DNA of 62,848 nucleotides, filler included, from Octopus bimaculoides (Eukaryota), in NCBI RefSeq assembly GCF_001194135.2. It is 4 parts of 4 records of this genome, joined end to end, with 100 filler letters (N's around TTAATTAATTAA, not from the genome) between each part and the next. Parts side by side here need not be neighbours in the genome. Positions count along the whole stretch, not along the records: positions 1 to 22,699 come from NC_068993.1; positions 22,800 to 43,950 come from NC_068981.1; 2 more parts are not named here. One strand, 5' to 3'. Numbering within the stretch: the stretch's first letter is position 1; each line of letters starts with the position of its first letter. This document shows, piece after piece, positions 22,271-37,536 of this stretch. Position numbers and translations under genes: made by a program. The notes below the pieces were generated by a model. The model did not search any database and was not told where the DNA came from. It was given only the letters and a program-made list of their open reading frames with translations.

Positions 22271-23860
22271 TACGTGCACCACCCTAACACTATCCCCAAC
22301 CATAACTAATCCTAAACACTAGCTGTACGTATTCTTTACTTTCGCCTGTATATTGTGTGGTCCCTGGATTTAGCAGCCTCAGTCAAACCGTCCAGCCATG
22401 CCAGCATGGAAAACGGACATTAAATGATGATGATTATATAGCAATAGTCTTATGTTACAAGACAACATTTGTTTCAGCACGAATTCACATCAAGGGTCTT
22501 GCAAATCAAACACAAAAACGAAATTTTTGTCCCTTATTGAAAAATTTTGTAATAAACTGAGGGATTATTTGTGTAAGATGAAGGCTAAGCAGGCCGAAAG
22601 TTTGAAGTCACTGTCAACATTATTCTTTAAAAGGATATTTTGTACTCTAATACGTTCTTAACGGAATACACTTCAACTAATTTATATATATATATATATN
22701 NNNNNNNNNNNNNNNNNNNNNNNNNNNNNNNNNNNNNNNNNNNTTAATTAATTAANNNNNNNNNNNNNNNNNNNNNNNNNNNNNNNNNNNNNNNNNNNNG
22801 CCGTTTTCGTGCGGGTGACACGTAAAAGCACCCACTACACTCTCTGAGTGGTTGGCGTTAGGAAGGGCATCCAGCTGTAGAAACTCTGCCAAATCAGACT
22901 GGAGCCTGGTGTTGCCATCCAGTTTCACCAGTCCTCAGTCAAATCGTCCAACCCATGCTAGCATGGAAAGCGGACGTTGATGATGATGATGATGATGATG
23001 ATATGAAAATATATATATATATATATATATATGAATATATACTGATAAGGATAAAAATCCAAATTTACAGGTAAAAACTCAACTCAATTCAATTTATCAA
23101 AAATTAAAAATTAAATTAAGTTTCACAGTATATAATATATAAATTTATAATTTAGAGAAAAGAAGCAAAGTTCATGAATTCATCCATGAAAATCCGCTGT
23201 CACATACAGAAAAAATTAATAAGTAAATACACGATAAATAAGTATAATAAAATACAAAGTAAAAATCATAAAATAATAATAATAAAATGACTACACGTGT
23301 TTCATAACCAATTTTTCAAATAGAAAATAAAATATAATCAAATATAGTCAATAGTATAAAGTTTAACATTTTTGTTTAAAACAAAACTTCAATTAGTTTA
23401 GTTTAGTGTTGCATTTATTTCCAATAATATTCTTTACATGCTATTTACATGCCACTAACACGGAAGCCAGACAGCTGCTCTGGAAATGATCACGCTCGGA
23501 CGATGCTGTTAGTGCTCCACTGGCACACGTGCCAGTCATCAAATATGGTTCAATTACGATTTCGATTTCACTTGCCCCAACAGGTCTTCGCAAGCAGAGT
23601 TTAGTGTCCAATGAAGGAGAGATTGGCATGGGCCAGTCGTCAAATTTGGTTCGATTTCGATTTCAATTTCACTTGCCTCAACAGGTCTTCGCAAGCAGGG
23701 TTTAGTGTCCAATGAAGTAAAGATACGAGCTGGCTACACTTCTGGCACGATGATGATGATGATGCATATATGTATGTATATATATATGTATATGTATATA
23801 TTTATGTATATATATATATATGTGTGTATATCTATATATATGCATATATATATTTATATG

Positions 23861-23891
<31 letters not shown>

Positions 23892-24107
23892 GTATATATA
23901 TATTTACATATATGTGTATATATATATATGTATCTCGTGCAGGTCTGTCAGGTCCTTTGGGAGGATATTGAAGAGCTATGGTCCTTTGAAGCCCAGGTTC
24001 TTGCAGTATCTTGTCCTATAACTTGGTGGCAAATTTGGAGCCTTGGCACTATGCAGTGGCACCCAGTTCTCGTATTTGTGTAACTCTAGATGCCAAAGTT
24101 TGGGACA

Positions 24108-24142
<35 letters not shown>

Positions 24143-26419
24143 TATATATATACATATATATATGTATGCACATATACACGCACATATATATACACATATA
24201 CATACAAAAACATATACACATATACATATACACATACATATACATATATATGTGTGTGTGTGCATATATGTGTATATATTTATATATATATCTATGTGTG
24301 TCTCTCTGTGATTGTTTGTCCCCCACCACCCCTGACAACTGATGTCAGCTTCCTTCTAACTTAGTGGTTTGGCAAAGGACACTGATAGAATAAGTACTAG
24401 GCATTAAAGAAAATGTCCTGGGGTTGATTTATTTGACTAAAATCTTTCAAAGTGGTGCCCCAGCATGGCCGCAGTCAAATGACTGAAACAAGTAAAAGAT
24501 AAAAGATTTGTATCATCACCAGAGTTAGCTGTTATGTAGCCCCCCCCCCAATCACCTCCCATTGAATTGATATTATACAGTATGAGGTTAATCAGCTGAA
24601 TGTCTAGCTATGACTAGCTATGACTCACACATCTGAAGCATTACTTGACTAGCCACAATTCCCAACTATTTGTTGTTTCACCTTTCACTACTGTCTTTAA
24701 AATGGAGACTGTAGTCTTGCATAAAACATGTCGGAAAAGAAGATTGAACAGTTATGGCTTGAATGTTGTGCAAACAATAAAAAGCTCGAGGCCAGAGAAA
24801 CCAGTAGCAATTCATCATCATCATCATTGTTTTAATGCCTACTTTTTCATGCTTGCATGAATTAGAGAGAATTCGTCAAGGGGGATTTCATGCTGATGAT
24901 ATCATCATTTAACTTTTCCATGCTGGCATGGGTTGGACAGTTTGACAGGAGCTAGCAAGTCAGAGGACTGTGCCATGCTTAACTCTCTGCTTTGGCATGG
25001 TTTCCTAACACTAACCACTTTACAGAGTAAAGCTGGGTGCTTTGTACATGGTACCAGCAAAATCACCAAGTAACTTGCAAGACAAGACCACTCACCTGAG
25101 GGGTGAGTAGTATTGAGACTGAGGGAGGTGGCTTTGTGCCAAGTGGCATGAGGTTAGAGTGTAAGAGAGGGATGGAAATAGGTATCTTGCAGTAGAAGAG
25201 ATACATGGCTGCCTCAGTTAGAGAGAAAAGAGAGAGAGAGATGGTGAAGATGCATTGAGACATGTCCTCATGTTAGATGAAGGGGTATATAAGTGGTACA
25301 GAGAATCGGTTGGTGGGGGGGGGGGCAAGATTGCAAGAATGCCAAAGGAAAGTTGGTGAATAGGGAAAGGTATGCAGTGAGTTGCTAGCACGAGTAGAGA
25401 GAGGAATGTTAGGAAGATGAGCCAATAGGAAGAGGGGCATATGTACATATGCATCATCATCATCGTTTAATATCTATGCTCCGTACTGGTATGAGTTGGA
25501 GAGTTTGACAGGATCCAATGTGTCCAAGGACTGTATCAGGCTCCAATGTTTGCTTCGACATGGTTTCTACATCTGGATGCCCTTCCTAATGCTAACCACT
25601 TTACAGTGTGGTCTAGGTGCTTTCTTCATACCACCTGGACTATTCAGGTCGCCATGCAGTTTGCAGGACTATAAAGCCTGGGGGAGTTGGGGGTAGTCAG
25701 CTTCAATGCTAGGGGCCAAAAGGGTTATTATGGGAGGTAGGGAGCAGGACAGTTCTTGTAGATGGATGTGCAAGGCTACTCACATTTAGTAGGAGAAAGA
25801 GAAAGTGAAAATAATCAGCAGGAGCTGAAAGAGATAGATAATAGTGATGAGGTGCCCAATGGCCCTACAAGGCAAAATGAGTAGAAGTGAGGGAGGAGGT
25901 GAGTGGTTTGCAAGACTATGGAAAGAAGAATGAGAGGATAGAGCAGACTGCTACACTGGTAAGATTGAAGGGTGGATGAACAAGAACTAGGAACTGAGGA
26001 AGATGGGGCGGGGTTGCAGAAGAGAGTTGGGGGTGGTGAGCAGCAGTAGTAGTAAAGATGATACAGTTGCAATGACAGGTTTCCACATAATTTCCATCTG
26101 CCAAATTCATTCACAAGGTATTGGTCATCTCAGGGCTACAGTAAAAGACATTTTCCTATGGTGCTGCACAGTGGGACTGAACCTGAAATAACATGGTTGT
26201 AAAGCAAGCTTCTTAACCAGCCACAGTCATGCCAGCACCTATAATCACATACAGAATTAAAGAATTGGCATGTTCTTGGGTGTATTACCTCATTTTTCTT
26301 TGGGAAGTTATTTTAAAAACAAATTCTTTGTACACTAAGAACAATGCCTGAACGATTAAAGAAATGGAGGACCGAGTACAAGGTAATAAGCATAAGCCTT
26401 ATTTCAGCCATTGGAAGTA

Positions 26420-26456
<37 letters not shown>

Positions 26457-29400
26457 GCAAGAAGGTATACTTTCCGTTTAGGCCAGTAGAAATAATCATG
26501 GTAGTGATAATAATAGCAATGAAAGTAGAAAAGTAATAGAAAAGAGACTAACAGTAATAACAGAAAAACAAAATCTAGTTATTTGTATGGGAATTTCCTA
26601 AATGTTTGTCGAATAAAAGGCACCTGTCTAGGTATTTTTCATTGATCACAACTCCACTTAAGACAGGAATTCAGGCTATTATTGTTTTAGCCAATATTGA
26701 GCAGAGCTACATTTATGAATTTAATAGAAGGTAGTATGTACTGGAATACAGTTTCTATTCACAGACTACAAACATAAGTATGCCAGCTACATCTGCCAAT
26801 CGTACTTTAACACATAACAATAATACTTACACAATCCATCTGGGCAAAAATGTAAGAACATCTTCAATTGTTTTCTATTATTTCCATTCTCACTGCTCGC
26901 CTGCTGTATTTTCTACTGTTATTGAATTTCTACTATTTCAGGCTTGTGTATAGATCATAAAACCTTACTTAAATGTGTTTATTTTTGACTTTCAAAAGTC
27001 ACTCACAATCTTCTATTAGTGAATTAAAACTGTAATATTGATTGATAGATAGACAGCAAGATAACAGGTTAATGTAGATATATGGCTCACATCCTGCAGA
27101 TAGCTGTCCACCTTATATATATATATATATTTATAATAATACAAATGATATATGAGCATATGCATATATGAACATACCTACATCTACATGTATATATAGA
27201 TACATATCCAGGTACAGGACGTCAAAAAAGGAACGGGAACATAAATAAAGCACAAAAAACCGACTTTTTTTTACAGACAAAAGAATGAACACATAGGAAA
27301 ACAGACGAGTCACTTATGGAACTTTTCCTTCATCAGCTGCCTCTATTCTAAACTAGGCATTTCGACACACATACACTCTTACATCATCTTCATAATCATC
27401 ATTATTATTTTCATGTCCACTTTTCTATGCTTGTATGTGTCCTTTCCAAAACAGTGTCACAACATTTGTTGTGCTTGTTTGTCATCGTTTTTTGTGAGTT
27501 CAACGTCCTGAGATCAGCTTCTACTTCTCTCCATATCTTCCTTGGTTTTCCTTTGCCACAGTTTCATTCCACTTTGATATCCTCACACTTCTTTATTCAA
27601 CTGTTATTTTCAATGAACATTACGTGTCTGTACTGACACGGACTCCATTCTTGCACACTACAACCGATTCCACTTATCTGCATCACACCAACCATGCACA
27701 CAAACATTACACACCCAGTAGAACATAAGTACTTTATTTCTCTCCAACCTTCACACATCCTTTGTGTTCAGTGCTCATGTTCCACTGCCATGCAGCATCA
27801 CACATTTTACACAAGCAATATACAATATAACCTACACTCAAAGAGAGAACCCCCTTCTTGCTAGGAGAGGTAAGGTAATAGTTCTTTGACCTTTTCAAAG
27901 TTAGTCCTTATTCTGGCTACTATGCTTTCACCCTCTTCTACTTAGTGTGCAATCAAATCTGGATGCAGAGTGATACACAAGATGAGCAACTGAAAGATGA
28001 GGGATGTGTGTGTGTGTGTGTGTGTGTGTGTTAAGCAAAGGCTGCTCCCACTGGCTATGTCCATCTAGTTTTAAACAGTATTAGTCAGCCTTGTAAGTAG
28101 CGGCAACATTATGAATTTAATGAGAAGTTCATTGTATGTACTAAGTTACATTCTTCCAGCAGCAAACATCTCATGTAATAAACAAAGAATGGTCAGAGAC
28201 AGACAGTGATGGAAGGAGTCCAGAGAATGATTCCTCCTTCAGAGGTGATGAAGCCCTGGGTGTAGGATTGAAGAAACCAAGATAAATTTATTTCTTAACT
28301 TTTCCAGCACCAGTTCTGTAGATTCTTTTGATAAAATATATAAAAAAATTTTTTTATCAAATTAAGAATTTAACCTGTTATACCACTAATGCTCTGGAGA
28401 AAGGCATGAACATCACAAAGTCACATCCTTTGCACAAATGAATTTGAGGTTTAATGAAAATGTGAACTACTGCTACTAATGAGCAGTAAGAGCAGAACAG
28501 AGACCCAAGACCCCCAAACCTGATTTTGCTTTCCATATGCAGGAATACATTAACTTAATGTTGGGAATTAGTTCCAAGACATGCAACTCAAAATGACGTA
28601 ACATGCAAAAACATTCTAAAGTATTTTTTTAGCTTATATTTATTTTAATGAATAGTTTTGTACATATTTTCATATGTATTTTATCTGATTTTCTACTTTA
28701 GTGTTGGTTTTTAGGTGGTGTTTTAATTTTTGTGCATTTAAAAATGTTTGCTGCGATTGATGCAAAGTCAGATAAATCAACTGAAGTTGAGATGAATTTT
28801 TTAAATCAAATAAACAGCAAAGTTGAAAAAGATGTAACCTGAACTGATGTAAGTTGAGGTATGCCTATATTAATAGGCTGAATTAATCCGCATTGCTAAA
28901 TACTCTTTGGAAAGTCATTAACGCCATTATTTCATGCCACTTCCCCAATAATCTGAGATTTCATGCTTAAATATGAAAGAGAGAGAGAGAGATTGATAGA
29001 AAAATGGAGTGATATTAATTGCCTTAGAGCAATCAATAAAATTATTACTGTACTGGAGCGGTTTCAATCACCAGCATTTCTCACCTACAATATGTGAAAT
29101 CAATGTTAATACATTTGTCTGACAAGAAAAAGAGGTAAAACTCAATGGGGAAGTGGGGATACAGTTGATTAAATCAATTCCAATAATGGTTTGATAAAAA
29201 GTGGTAGTGATGGTCATATCAGTTGAGCATCTGACTGAATGCATTAACTATTTAGCTTCATCAATTTCATTTCTTTTTTTGTTCAAATCCCACCAGACTT
29301 TTCACTGCTTTTCATCCTTCAGAGGGTCAATAAAATAAGTAGCAGTAGTAATATCCCAGCATCGACTTAATTGAATAACACATTCTCTCCAACAAGAAAA

Positions 29401-30611
29401 AGAGAAAAAAAAAATTATACTTGTGCACTGTGAAAAATAATCATTATTTATAACAATACTTTATATTACATAAACATAGTTGATATAATGATCGATGCTA
29501 TACATCTTCTGATCTATTGTGGTTGTCAAGCAGGCCCGTGCTCAAAAGCATTCCAGCTATGGGCATCCAATTTTTTTGAAAACATAGACAACATTATCCA
29601 CTGTGCACTTTTATGAATACAGAGTGTAATTTCAGAAAGATTTGCTTCTTATCACTCGGAAGATCCAAATAGAGCATAAAAAGCTGATTTTCAATCTTTT
29701 GTTCTTTACATCTATAAATTTCAGTCATTTAAAAATATTTATTCAGTGTGTGTGTGTATGCATAGACCAGTCATAGATTTTATTTAAATGAATATATATA
29801 TATATATATATATATNNNNNNNNNNNNNNNNNNNNNNNNNNNNNNNNNNNNNNNNNNNNNNNNNNNNNNNNNNNNNNNNNNNNNNNNNNNNNNNNNNNNN
29901 NNNNNNNNNNNNNNNATATACACACACATATATATATATACATATATATACACACATATATATATTCACATATATATACATATATATATACATATGCTCA
30001 TTTTATTTATATATCTAATAACCACGTTTATTATATATATGTGTGTATATATATCATGAATGTTATCATATATCCAAAAAAGAAGCTCACAATTATATTT
30101 AAATATATATATATTCACGTTTTTGTACTTGGTTTGCAAGATTCTTGATGTGAATTCGTGTGTTGAAGTGTATTTTATTGTGTTTGGAGAGAGTCATTCT
30201 GTTTTAATTAACACACTCACTGGTTCGATTTCCACTCCATTTACCTATTTATTTTTTCTGAAATTTTCATTGCTTCTTGCAACCTCTTAGTCAACAACTA
30301 TTGAAGAGGTTGCAAGAAGGAACAAAAATTTTAGAAAAAAAATATAAGTAAATGAGTGGAAATCAAAGGGTTGAGGGTGTTAATTAATAAGGCATTAAAA
30401 CAGAATGACTCGCCCCATACACAATAGAATATATATGCTCATTTTACCATTCTCAGAGTGGTTGGTGATAGGAAGGGCATCCAGCCATAGAAAACCATGC
30501 CAAATCTGACTGGAGTCTGGTGCAGCCTTCCAGCAAGCCAGCCCAATCAAACCATCCAACCCATGCCAGCATGGACAATGGACGTTAAATGATGATGATG
30601 ATGATAATAAT

Positions 30612-30693
<82 letters not shown>

Positions 30694-30699
30694 CTGCTC

Positions 30700-32005
30700 A
30701 TTGATCTAGAAGTTACTGTGGATGCTTAGAATAGATGAATGGCTAGCAGGATCCTCCAAGCCACGTACAGAGGTGTTGTCAGTAAGGTGAGAGTAATTAG
30801 TATAGCAACAAATTTAATTTGCAAGTGGGTGTGTCACCAGGGCTCAGTTTTCAGTCCCTTCTTAATTATCATAGTCCTCCAGACCATAGAGGAGTTTAAG
30901 ACTGGTTACCCATGGGACCTCCTCTATAGGGATTACCTTGTTCATGCAGCTGAACCTGTAGTAGAATTAGAAAAGAAATACTAGGTATGGAAGCAAAACC
31001 TGGAATCAATGGATTTAAAACTAACTTTGGAGAAGACGAAGATTTTAGTAAGCAAAAAAACAGACAAATCACTAAAAATCTTTGGGAATGGTGAGGCTTG
31101 AAATTCTATACTGTGAGTCAAGCACAAACTATGGACACATAAGAGGTGCCGTGGAATCACAGGAAGATTAACAGAGGAAGTGGACTTTGTGTGTGGCAGA
31201 TGCACAGGAGCAATAAAGATTAAGAACACACAGAAAATAGATTTCATCAAATGCCCAAGAGGTTCTTTAGAAGTAGTAGATAGCTTCTATTGCCTAGATG
31301 ATCAAATTAGCAGTGGAGGAGGTTGTTCTGAAAGTATAGTTGTTAGAATAAGAATAGGATGGAGAAAGTTTAGAATGAAAGGCAGATTGTATAATGCTTG
31401 TCTGTGAATGGCAATGCTATATAAGAATCATATGCTGTGAACATGGGCCCGAAAAGAAGGGGTACACCTCCCAAAATTCTTGTGGGATGCAAAATCAAAA
31501 TACTTTTCTCAGTGTGTAAAAAAAAGTGATCTGATAGCTTGAAGTTAGGTTCTTTCACAAAGAACAAAAATAAATAAACAAAAAAAAACAATAATACCTT
31601 GTTTGTAAAAAAAATTTGTACCTGGGTTTGCACCTCCTAGGCAAATTTTGTTCCCAAGCTTGTGGCTGTGAATGCAGATGATATGTGAAGGCTTGAAAGA
31701 ATCAAACTAGCATGCTCCACCTGGATGTGTAGTATCAGTGTTCATATGCAACAAAGAGAAAATGTGTTGAAAGAAAAATTGAGCATAAAAGGCACCAGAT
31801 GTAGTATGCAAGAGAGAAGATTGTACTGGTATGGTCATGCGATGCATATGGATGAAGACAGCTTCATAAAGAAATGTCAATCACCAAATGTGAATGAAAC
31901 TTATGGAAGAGGATGACCCAGGAAGACATGGGATGAAGGGATGAAAAATGACCTCTAGATGTTGAGATTCATAGATGACAAAGGACTGAGATGACTGGTG
32001 ACTTG
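30700..32005 (+). mobile_element. RTE-clade LINE, 5'-truncated: RT C-terminus, Cys-rich insertion and ORF end
   Basis: HQGSVFSP, PWDLLYRDYLV (degenerate YADD), WTHKRCRGITGRLTEEVDFVCGRC, EVVDSFYCLDDQISSGGGCSESIVVRIRIGWRKF, QERRLYWYGHAMHMDED; many stops and frameshifts. Confidence 0.88.
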
Positions 32006-32516
32006 TGGCACTTGAAAATACCCATTCATCAAAGCAAAGATGAAACACCTAAGACATGTTATATACATCTATGCCCTGCACAAAATCTTTCCCTGACGAA
32101 TCTCACCATCCCCAACAACTCATTTCTCTCCCCTCTATTTCACACTCTCTTTTTGCACTCTTGCAAACTTACCTGCACACTCACTCTGTCCAATCCTTTG
32201 TATCACTTACATTCGCCTGTCCCTTGTACATCTTCACCAGCGTCTCCCTCTCTCTCTCTCTCTAACTGAGGTAGCCATGCATCTCCTCTAGAACAAGACA
32301 TGTTTCTGTCCCACCATATTTTAACTTGTCACCAGGCAAGATACCACCTCTCTCAATACTACTTCCACTCTAAGTTGAGAGGTCTTTGTCTTGCAAGTTA
32401 CTTGGTGACCTTGTTAGTGCTGGAGCCACGTAAAATGCACTCAATGCACTCTGTAGTTGACATTATATATATGTTCATTTACTATGTGCATATACACATA
32501 TTTTTATCAGTAATGA

Positions 32517-32548
<32 letters not shown>

Positions 32549-32614
32549 ATGAAAGAGAGAGATGTAGATAGACAGACATGAAATTATATATATACACACA
32601 CACACACTGTTCAT

Positions 32615-32652
<38 letters not shown>

Positions 32653-34067
32653 NNNNNNNNNNNNNNNNNNNNNNNNNNNNNNNNNNNNNNNNNNNNNNNN
32701 NNNNNNNNNNNNNNNNNNNNNNNNNNNNNNNNNNNNNNNNNNNNNNNNNNNNNNNNNNNNNNNNNNNNNNNNNNNNNNNNNNNNNNNNNNNNNNNNNNNN
32801 NNNNNNNNNNNNNNNNNNNNNNNNNNNNNNNNNNNNNNNNNNNNNNNNNNNNNNNNNNNNNNNNNNNNNNNNNNNNNNNNNNNNNNNNNNNNNNNNNNNN
32901 NNNNNNNNNNNNNNNNNNNNNNNNNNNNNNNNNNNNNNNNNNNNNNNNNNNNNNNNNNNNNNNNNNNNNNNNNNNNNNNNNNNNNNNNNNNNNNNNNNNN
33001 NNNNNNNNNNNNNNNNNNNNNNNNNNNNNNNNNNNNNNNNNNNNNNNNNNNNNNNNNNNNNNNNNNNNNNNNNNNNNNNNNNNNNNNNNNNNNNNNNNNN
33101 NNNNNNNNNNNNNNNNNNNNNNNNNNNNNNNNNNNNNNNNNNNNNNNNNNNNNNNNNNNNNNNNNNNNNNNNNNNNNNNNNNTATATACATACACGTGGC
33201 AAAAGAGAAAAAAAAGGGGGTGATAAATACCGATTCAAAATTGGCTAGATGTGTTTTTTTTTTTCTTGTTTTTTTTTTTAAGTTTCCGATCTTGTTTGAA
33301 TCTCAACTACACATTTTCTAATAAATTGTGTAGGGTAACAAACTGTTTTATGTATGCGTGTATTGTGAGGTGATGTATCAGTGAGACGATAAGAGACGTA
33401 AATAAAAGTCAGTCAGTAGGGATACCACGACCGAATCACCATTCTATCGTGATAAAGCTGTGTGGTGGTGGTGACTAACTCAAAGACACTTGACAGCTGA
33501 CATGCAACTCATATAACACACACAGCACAACAAAGGCTTGGCGACTTTGATAAGCTTGCCTCAGGTTCTAAAACGTTGTCATGTTTTAAATATGTAGTGA
33601 AGGGATATTGAGAAGCGAGAGAAAACCCTAACACATGCATAGTATATGCGAGTGTGTTTGGGCAAGTGATTGCATGAGAATAAATGGTTTGTATGGATGA
33701 GTATAGGATTATATCACAACGGTGTGTGTATATTTTAGCTTTGTGCGTATACACACACACAATGCCAAAACATTATCCAATTTCTAAACATTGTCATTCT
33801 TAACAACGTGTTTTGCTGCATGTATATAATAAACGCTTGCAGTGTAGTAAATGAATACACCTATTTTTATGTTTATTGGAGAGAGAGAGAGAGAGAGAAT
33901 TAGAAAAACGAATTTGCTGCTTTGTCCTTGTATGAGCGTGTTATAAACGCATGTATTTTGGTATATAGCAGTAACTATATTTATGTGTGTGTGTAAATGG
34001 AAGAGAGAGGGAGAAAGATGATATACAACTAAACGAACAAAAACACTACTAGCGTGGTGTGTCCTGT

Positions 34068-34131
<64 letters not shown>

Positions 34132-35368
34132 TATGCGCGTACTCACATTATATGATAAATTTACATATGCATACATATGCACACTGATATAAATTCATTC
34201 ATTCATTCATTGTTGCTAAAGAAAGAAAACAAAAATGAACAGAAAAAAATTCACGCATGATAGATAGATAAATATAGCGAGAATGAGAGAGAAAAAAATG
34301 TGTCTAATTTCACAATTCCTAATATCGAGAGGAAGATAATGGTATGTCCTCTAGTAAACATCGGGTACAGATTTGTGAATTCTTTAGATATATATCTGAG
34401 ACATTCAAAAACTTAATACGCTGTACACAAGCATGCTTGTTCCCACAAAAGACTCTATAAACATGTAAGGGGAAACTTACCTTCTTTGTACGTCCAGTTT
34501 AATCTGACGGAGGTTTATTTAAACATGTATATGTATACACGTACATATGTATATTATGTATACATGTGTATATACACAACGAAAGTGTGTGTGCGTGCGT
34601 GTGTTTGTGTGTGTATTTATGAATCTGTGTGTAACAGTGAAATAAGATTATTTTAGTAATCCAGACAGTGAACAGTTACTTTCGTTTTTCGCTGCGACCA
34701 TCACGTCAGCGGCAGATACGACTGAGTGTTATATGTACACAGACACACCGAGGAACAATGCTCCACTGGTGAACATGAATGTTTTAGTATAGCGTACACG
34801 GGTTAACAGTTCGTGAGAACAATGATTTCATTATCATCTTCATCACCATTATTTTAAATAATAATAATTATTATTATTATTAATATTATTATTATTATTA
34901 TTATTACTACTACTAGTACTAGTCACAGATGCTGCTGAAGGTCACTGTTACAATAAAATATACGGAGCGAAGATGAAAAAAGAAATATACATTATATTTA
35001 AACGAAAAATAAAATATAGCAGGGATTTCATATCGAAAGCAGAATCCTTCAACGACCGACTGCGTTTTTCCGGGAACTATATTGTGACTGGGTGTTAGCG
35101 CCAGTGCGGAAGCAATGCTAACTGCAAGAAGTCTCTCTCAGATAACTGCATCAATATATCTACGCTAATTGTTTTTTGCTTTTTGTTGTTTGTTTCTTTT
35201 ATATATTATTCCATTCCACACCGTCTTTGACAGCAGAAGAAGGAAGGTGATGCTATTCTGTCACAGCACTGTTTTAATTAACAAATTAGTATGCTTAAAA
35301 GCTACCTTAATCTTTGTTGAATTTTTTTTTTATTCTTTTTGTGCAATCACGGACAGTTCAGGTGTTTA

Positions 35369-35429
<61 letters not shown>

Positions 35430-37016
35430 CAAGTTCTGGGGGACATTTGTTTTTCATATAGACTTTTTTGGAGCTTGTTTTGCGGTGAACCGAATCCCTC
35501 TTCATTCTTTGGCTGATTGAAATTGTTTCCTTTTACTTATATTAATAAGTGGGAAGTATTTGCATGTCACATAATCACATTTTTCTTCCCCGCAAATCTG
35601 TTAGTGTACGGCTTAGAAATCGATATATATGCATGGATGTTATAATGGTAATGATGAGTAACATATGCGTAAATCTTCACATTTTTTGAGGAGAAAATGG
35701 GAGGGTGGGCGCGGAATGTGACAATGTGTCTGTTTCTCTTCATTGACGATTTAGGCGAACCGAAATAGGGAATCGAAAGTGGGACAACTATTCGATACAT
35801 CGAGAAAATACTGCCTAATTTTACACTTTTTTTATGTGGGTATAAACACATATGAATGATAGGTTTTGTCGTTCATGCTTTCCTATCATCCTCTTGAAAT
35901 ATCTCAAATTTATTGACGGTGTGGGATGAATGCTTTAGAATGCGAACTCAATTCGCACATAACTGTTTATGTCATTAAGGAAATGTTTCATTGTCGTTTA
36001 AAACGCAACTTATGATAGCTTCAACTACTTAAAACTTTTTTTTTTTTCCTTTTATTGATCCGGTGAGAAAATATAACTGTGTACCGTGAAGACGAAAGGG
36101 TTAAAATCAATTAAACCCCTTTACTAAGGGTAGTAACGAGAAGAAATTTATTGGCTAGCGTTGAAGACACCGGCTCTTGAAGGGGGCTTTATTTTCTAAT
36201 TAAAGAATCAAACATTTAAGATGATTCGTGGTAGGGGCGTGGGGGTTTCAATGAAGCCTTATTTTCTAAGGTGCCGTGAATCATATATGTAGATATTTAA
36301 GAATAATTTAGAACTTTTTTTTTTTTAAAGTTTACTCGGCCGAATGGTTAAGTTCGCTTTGCAATCATAAGGTCCCCAGTTCTACCCCATGGAGTAAGAT
36401 TTTGGACAAGTATCTTTTACCATTCTCATGAATCAACCCAAGTTGTGTGAACGAAAGTGATTGGACAAAAACCATGCGGAAGCCCGTCGGATAGACTGTA
36501 CATGTAATTTAAAGGTGCACCCGTATCACACACACAGTTTCACACTGGTTCTACCTGAGATTTATATTGAGGGTACACCTGTCTGTGGAATACTCAACCA
36601 CTTACACAGTAATTTGTGTAACTCAGTTGATAGAACAACTGAATCTTCATCGTCGAAACAGACGGTGATCCATTTAGTTATGGTCTGATAAGAAATCTGT
36701 TATTTCTTTGCAAAGTTGTGAAACTGTTGAAAGTCAGTTGATCTAATCAACGGAACATCATTCTTGTGAAATTAACGTGCAAGTGGCTGAGCACTCCACA
36801 GACACGTGTACCCTTAACGTAGTTCTCGGGGAGATTCAGCGTGACACAGAGTGCCAAGACTGGCCCTTTGAAATACAGGTACAGCAGAAACAAGAAGAAA
36901 GAGTGAGAAAAAGTTGTGGTGGAGCTTCAGATGTCTTCGCTCAATAAACACTCAAATGCCTGGTCTGGGAATCGAAACCGCGAGTCTGCTGCCCTAACCA
37001 CTGGGCCATTGCGCCT

Positions 37017-37082
<66 letters not shown>

Positions 37083-37536
37083 TGATGTGAATGCATTTAT
37101 TTATTTCAAATCTTTCACTTTTAAGGTAAGAGCTGCAGTGCTCTCTTGAGGAATGAGCCCACTGGATAGTTACCTGGGGACTCCACGAGTTCAGGGACTC
37201 TATGTATATGCACATGTATATGCATTGCTTTGCCCGGCGGTCTATAATTGTTTCTGATTGAGGCACAAGGCTATCAGTTTTAAGGAGAGTAGACTAGTTG
37301 ATACCATACTAGACTGATACTCTATTTTATGGACCCCACAGGGACGAAAAGCAAAGTTGACTTTGGCGAGATTTGAACTCGAACATAAAGAGCCAGAATA
37401 AATAACACACGATTCTTGTTTTGTGTTTTTACCACGACGTTCTAACAATTTTGCCAGCTCGCCGCCTTCGAGTCCCCTATTATGATCCTTTCTATTATAG
37501 ACAGAAGACCTGAAAATTGATGGGAGGGCTCTAGCG

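Noticed and set aside
22744-22755. TTAATTAATTAA islands inside N runs (also 43995-44006 and 61428-61439)
   Set aside because: An identical 12-mer with stops in all six frames centred in gaps is a scaffolding linker, not biology. Adjacency across these joins is less certain.
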